Positions 6,248-7,572 of a stretch of DNA of 7,572 nucleotides are shown here, piece after piece (within the stretch, counting starts at the first letter, position 1; each line of letters begins with the position of its first letter). The notes under the pieces are model-generated. The model saw only the letters and a program-made list of their open reading frames with translations, had not been told where the DNA came from and ran no database searches. This DNA comes from a virus (lineage: Duplodnaviria; Heunggongvirae; Uroviricota; Caudoviricetes): IMG/VR virus record IMGVR_UViG_2531839329_000009; one strand, given 5' to 3'. The translations under genes were made by a program, and so were the position numbers.

Positions 6248-6360
6248 TCAGGTGGTTCCTTGTCAAATGTAAAGGTGCACTTGCTCACGTTGACGTAGAA
6301 ACCCAACCCCTATATAGTTGGATTCGGTGAATGAAAGTCGTTAACGTGAGCTTACGGCAC

Positions 6361-6378
6361 ATGTTTTCGGAAAAACAT
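6361..6378. promoter_or_regulatory. Inverted repeat ATGTTTT-cgga-AAAACAT, related to the 6094-6110 palindrome
   Basis: 7-bp arms with a 4-nt spacer. Lies ~115 bp upstream of the minus-strand small ORF start, inside the AT-rich region. Confidence 0.3.
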
Positions 6379-6735
6379 CAGGGAACGGCTAATTCCTTGA
6401 TGCGGGTGGGGTCTGTAATGCAGACCCTATCTATTAACGTCATGATTGCATCTCAAATTTTCTCCTTATCTTCAATTAATCTACATTCATTTCATCTGTT
6501 AGCCACCACAATATGTAGAAAATGGCCCTCTTGCAAGTGCATAACTTTGTGGATAACTCAGGAAGGAAAAAGTGGCTTTCGCGCACCTTCGGTCAGACAA
6601 GGTGTCCGGGAAAGTCAACGCAAAGAAAAAAATTGTTAAAAATAACGTTTGTTGGAATTGTATATTTTTATCCCCTTCAAACATCTTTTTTTAGAGACAG
6701 AAAAACATATCGTAACAACATATATACAGTATTAA

Positions 6736-6966
6736 GAGGCGAGTATTATCCTGCGGTGGGAATTCTGGGCGCTGTTAGATTCGACTTTCTCAGCAGGATT
6801 ACATCGTCAACTTGCGACGTTGCCGTATGACTTTCGTGTAATAGGTGACAATGATGCGGCTAGTGAGTTACTTGTGAAGTTTTTCGGAAAAGGTTTTGTG
6901 GCCTCGGATCTTGATGAGCTACAGCAACATGAAGTGTCTAATTTGATTTTTAGCCATAGCCAATAA
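6736..6966 (+). other. Open frame (76 codons) with protein-like composition but no ATG/GTG near its 5' end; possible small protein with unusual start, or gene remnant
   Basis: Frame open from 6736 to stop TAA 6964-6966 (...ILRWEFWALLDSTFSAGLHRQLATLPYDFRVIGDNDAASELLVKFFGKGFVASDLDELQQHEVSNLIFSHSQ). SD-like AAGAGG at 6734-6739 is followed only by ATT/ATC/CTG codons at 6745-6753. Terminator-like hairpin downstream. Confidence 0.3.
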
Positions 6967-6982
6967 GCCTCCCTCCTCCATC

Positions 6983-7003
6983 AAGGCCACAATTTGTGAC
7001 CTT
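6983..7003 (+). terminator. Terminator-like hairpin (AAGGCCACAA / TTGTGACCTT, one mismatch) followed by a T-rich stretch
   Basis: Stem pairs 9 of 10 positions. T-rich run TTTGTTTTCTGCTTTTTCTTATTT at 7011-7034 is separated from the stem by 7 nt, so this is a weak call. Confidence 0.3.
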
Positions 7004-7092
7004 AAACAATTTGTTTTCTGCTTTTTCTTATTTGAGGAAATAACGTTGTTGACAGCTAATAGGCTCGTTGTTGTTATACATGCCTGTATAGA

Positions 7093-7271
7093 TTATGACC
7101 GTAAATTATTAGCGGATTTTAAGCCATATTCACCGTTGTAGAAATTACTCATGTTCCATTCATTAGGAAGTTCTTTTCTGTCCAATGTATAGTGGCGCAC
7201 GATATAACGATCTTCATCTTCTTCGATGGACAGGCGGACATAGCCAATGTGAATCACCGATACGGGCGGTG
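7093..7271 (-). pseudogene. 3' remnant (58 codons) of a minus-strand ORF truncated by the IS1 insertion
   Basis: Minus-strand frame is open from the IS1 junction to stop at 7095-7093 (...VSVIHIGYVRLSIEEDEDRYIVRHYTLDRKELPNEWNMSNFYNGEYGLKSANNLRS). The same frame runs on into IS1 sequence, so the 5' part is missing. No start codon available. Confidence 0.3.
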
Positions 7272-7294
7272 GGTGATGATGCCAACTTACTGAT
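7272..7294 (+). repeat. IS1 left terminal inverted repeat (23 bp)
   Basis: GGTGATGATGCCAACTTACTGAT at 7272-7294. The flanking sequence ...CGGGCGGTG is unrelated to IS1. Confidence 0.8.
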
Positions 7295-7326
7295 TTAGTG
7301 TATGATGGTGTTTTTGAGGTGCTCCA

Positions 7327-7572
7327 GTGGCTTCTGTTTCTATCAGCTGTCCCTCCTGTTCAGCTACTGACGGGGTGGTGCGTAACGGCAAAAGCACTGC
7401 CGGACATCAGCGCTATCTCTGCTCTCACTGCCGTAAAACATGGCAACTGCAGTTCACTTACACCGCTTCTCAACCCGGTACGCACCAGAAAATCATTGAT
7501 ATGGCCATGAATGGCGTTGGATGCCGGGCAACTGCCCGCATTATGGGCGTTGGCCTCAACACGATTTTACGT
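7327..7572 (+). CDS. insA: IS1 InsA, 3'-partial (first 82 of 91 codons)
   Basis: GTG start at 7327 translates to [43 protein letters not shown]...GVGLNTILR. The track ORF 7298-7510 is in a different frame and is not InsA. Confidence 0.85.
   Translation, partial: MASVSISCPSCSATDGVVRNGKSTAGHQRYLCSHCRKTWQLQFTYTASQPGTHQKIIDMAMNGVGCRATARIMGVGLNTILR

Larger units (their letters stand above)
7272..7572 (+). mobile_element. IS1 insertion sequence, partial (left end; continues off the right edge)
   Basis: GGTGATGATGCCAACTTACTGATTTAGTGTATGATGGTGTTTTTGAGGTGCTCCAGTGGCTTCTG... matches the IS1 left end, with one difference from the common GGTGATGCTGCC form. The insA reading frame follows. Confidence 0.9.

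Noticed and set aside
6409-6427. Hairpin GGGTCTG-taatg-CAGACCC
   Set aside because: Seven-bp stem with no adjacent U-tract on either strand. Could be structural, but there is no basis to assign a function.
6331-6830. ORFs 6331-6639 (+), 6499-6684 (-) and 6522-6830 (+) in the AT-rich region
   Set aside because: Low-complexity translations in AT-rich sequence with weak or absent RBS, containing the palindrome and hairpin elements. More likely non-coding or regulatory. Frame 1 downstream (6736-6966) looks more protein-like and is reported separately.
7298-7510. Track ORF (70 aa, [13 protein letters not shown]...) inside IS1
   Set aside because: It is in the wrong frame. The real IS1 gene insA starts at GTG 7327 in another frame and runs off the window edge.
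1-7572. CRISPR arrays, tRNA or rRNA genes
   Set aside because: No regularly spaced direct repeats, no T-loop-like GTTCGAATC-type motifs with cloverleaf context, and no rRNA-like conserved blocks were seen on either strand.

Overview
This 7,572-bp window looks like enterobacterial (E. coli/Shigella-type) accessory DNA bounded by two different insertion sequences. A partial IS3 lies at 1-877 with its transposase genes on the minus strand, and a partial IS1 lies at 7272-7572 with insA reading out of the window. The ~6.4 kb between them is plus-strand cargo in two apparent transcription units, each starting 50-70 bp downstream of a copy of the same ~30-bp AT-rich element. Unit 1 (1070-3131) is a possible 72-aa upstream ORF, a 420-aa coiled-coil protein, a strong intrinsic terminator, then a small HAD-type phosphatase. 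Unit 2 (3230-6034) is a tightly packed, translationally coupled operon: a 28-aa hydrophobic peptide, an ASCH (PUA-like) domain protein, a frameshifted PP-loop-like ORF, an MmcB-like PD-(D/E)xK nuclease-fold protein, and two proteins (293 aa and 120 aa) with no motif I recognise. The ASCH-plus-nuclease operon is my best candidate for an undescribed system, possibly a modified-base-sensing defence module, but that is a hypothesis only. Downstream (6035-7271) is an AT-rich region with two related palindromes, a convergent 45-aa hydrophobic ORF, an ORF without a canonical start codon, and a minus-strand gene remnant cut by IS1. I saw no rRNA, tRNA or CRISPR array. All functional calls come from reading motifs by eye and from recalled IS3/IS1 sequences; no database search or computation was possible.
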